Below, piece by piece: positions 63,986-64,000 of a DNA stretch of 64,000 bases; within the stretch, counting starts at the first letter, position 1; the number at the start of each line of letters is the position of its first letter. The DNA is from an uncultured Candidatus Moduliflexus sp. GTDB lineage: Bacteria > Moduliflexota > Moduliflexia > Moduliflexales > Moduliflexaceae. Location: NCBI GenBank assembly GCA_964602655.1, contig CAZRSF010000007.1, forward strand, positions 49,708-113,707, read 5' to 3'. Made by a program: the position numbers and the translations under genes. Under the pieces are notes generated by a model. It was not told where the DNA came from, did not search any database, and saw only the letters and a list, made by a program, of their open reading frames with translations.

Positions 63986-64000
63986 AACCTCACAGGTTTT
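63986..64000 (+). terminator. 5' half of a third AACCTCACAGGT-family hairpin, cut by the window end
   Basis: aaacctcacaggtttt, 12 nt after the permease stop. Confidence 0.5.

Overview
This window looks like chromosomal DNA from an uncultured, probably anaerobic, diderm bacterium. The evidence is kdsA, an outer-membrane beta-barrel protein, a rubredoxin plus superoxide reductase pair, and a PPi-type phosphofructokinase signature. I cannot assign a taxon from the sequence alone.

Gene content from left to right:
- Two M42 peptidase paralogs, with a rubredoxin/neelaredoxin pair between them. The rubredoxin is 53 aa and is missing from the ORF track.
- A standalone cNMP-binding protein.
- A large BatA_N/double-VWA membrane protein, divergent from a polytopic membrane protein.
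- A minus-strand run: pgpA, cinA, thpR, a homocysteine methyltransferase-domain gene, a RACE-type corrinoid activator, and kdsA.
- A tRNA-Lys(CUU) gene split by a 249-nt group-I-like intron.
- An AT-rich islet holding a frameshifted DUF3732 remnant, a free-standing PD-(D/E)xK (I-Ssp6803I-like) endonuclease gene, and a 174-bp MITE.
- A LacI-regulated sugar/polyol ABC uptake cluster with a polyol dehydrogenase.
- A methyl-accepting chemotaxis protein.
- A rearranged dcw cluster: rsmH, ftsL, ftsI, an alpha/beta hydrolase, a membrane-anchored MurF, a two-gene insertion, then ddl, mraY and ftsW. No mraZ, murE or murD is present.
- A Pmp-repeat lipoprotein, a CpsB-type phosphatase, an AMMECR1 protein, pfk and yceH.
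- A 9-kb array of five histidine kinases. Three are REC-kinase hybrids that alternate with two paralogous PAS kinases.
- A PBP-like protein plus a porin, a BON-LysM (Kbp-like) protein, a second LacI-type regulator divergent from rhaM, an SPFH protein with a reiterated N-terminal module, and an ArsB/NhaD-type permease whose initiation region lies inside the second MITE copy.

Nearly every intergenic gap carries a member of one of several conserved palindromic (REP/MITE-like) families. Several of these act as shared-stem terminators or supply stop or start codons to neighbouring genes.

All calls come from reading the supplied translations and the DNA by eye. No database search was run.
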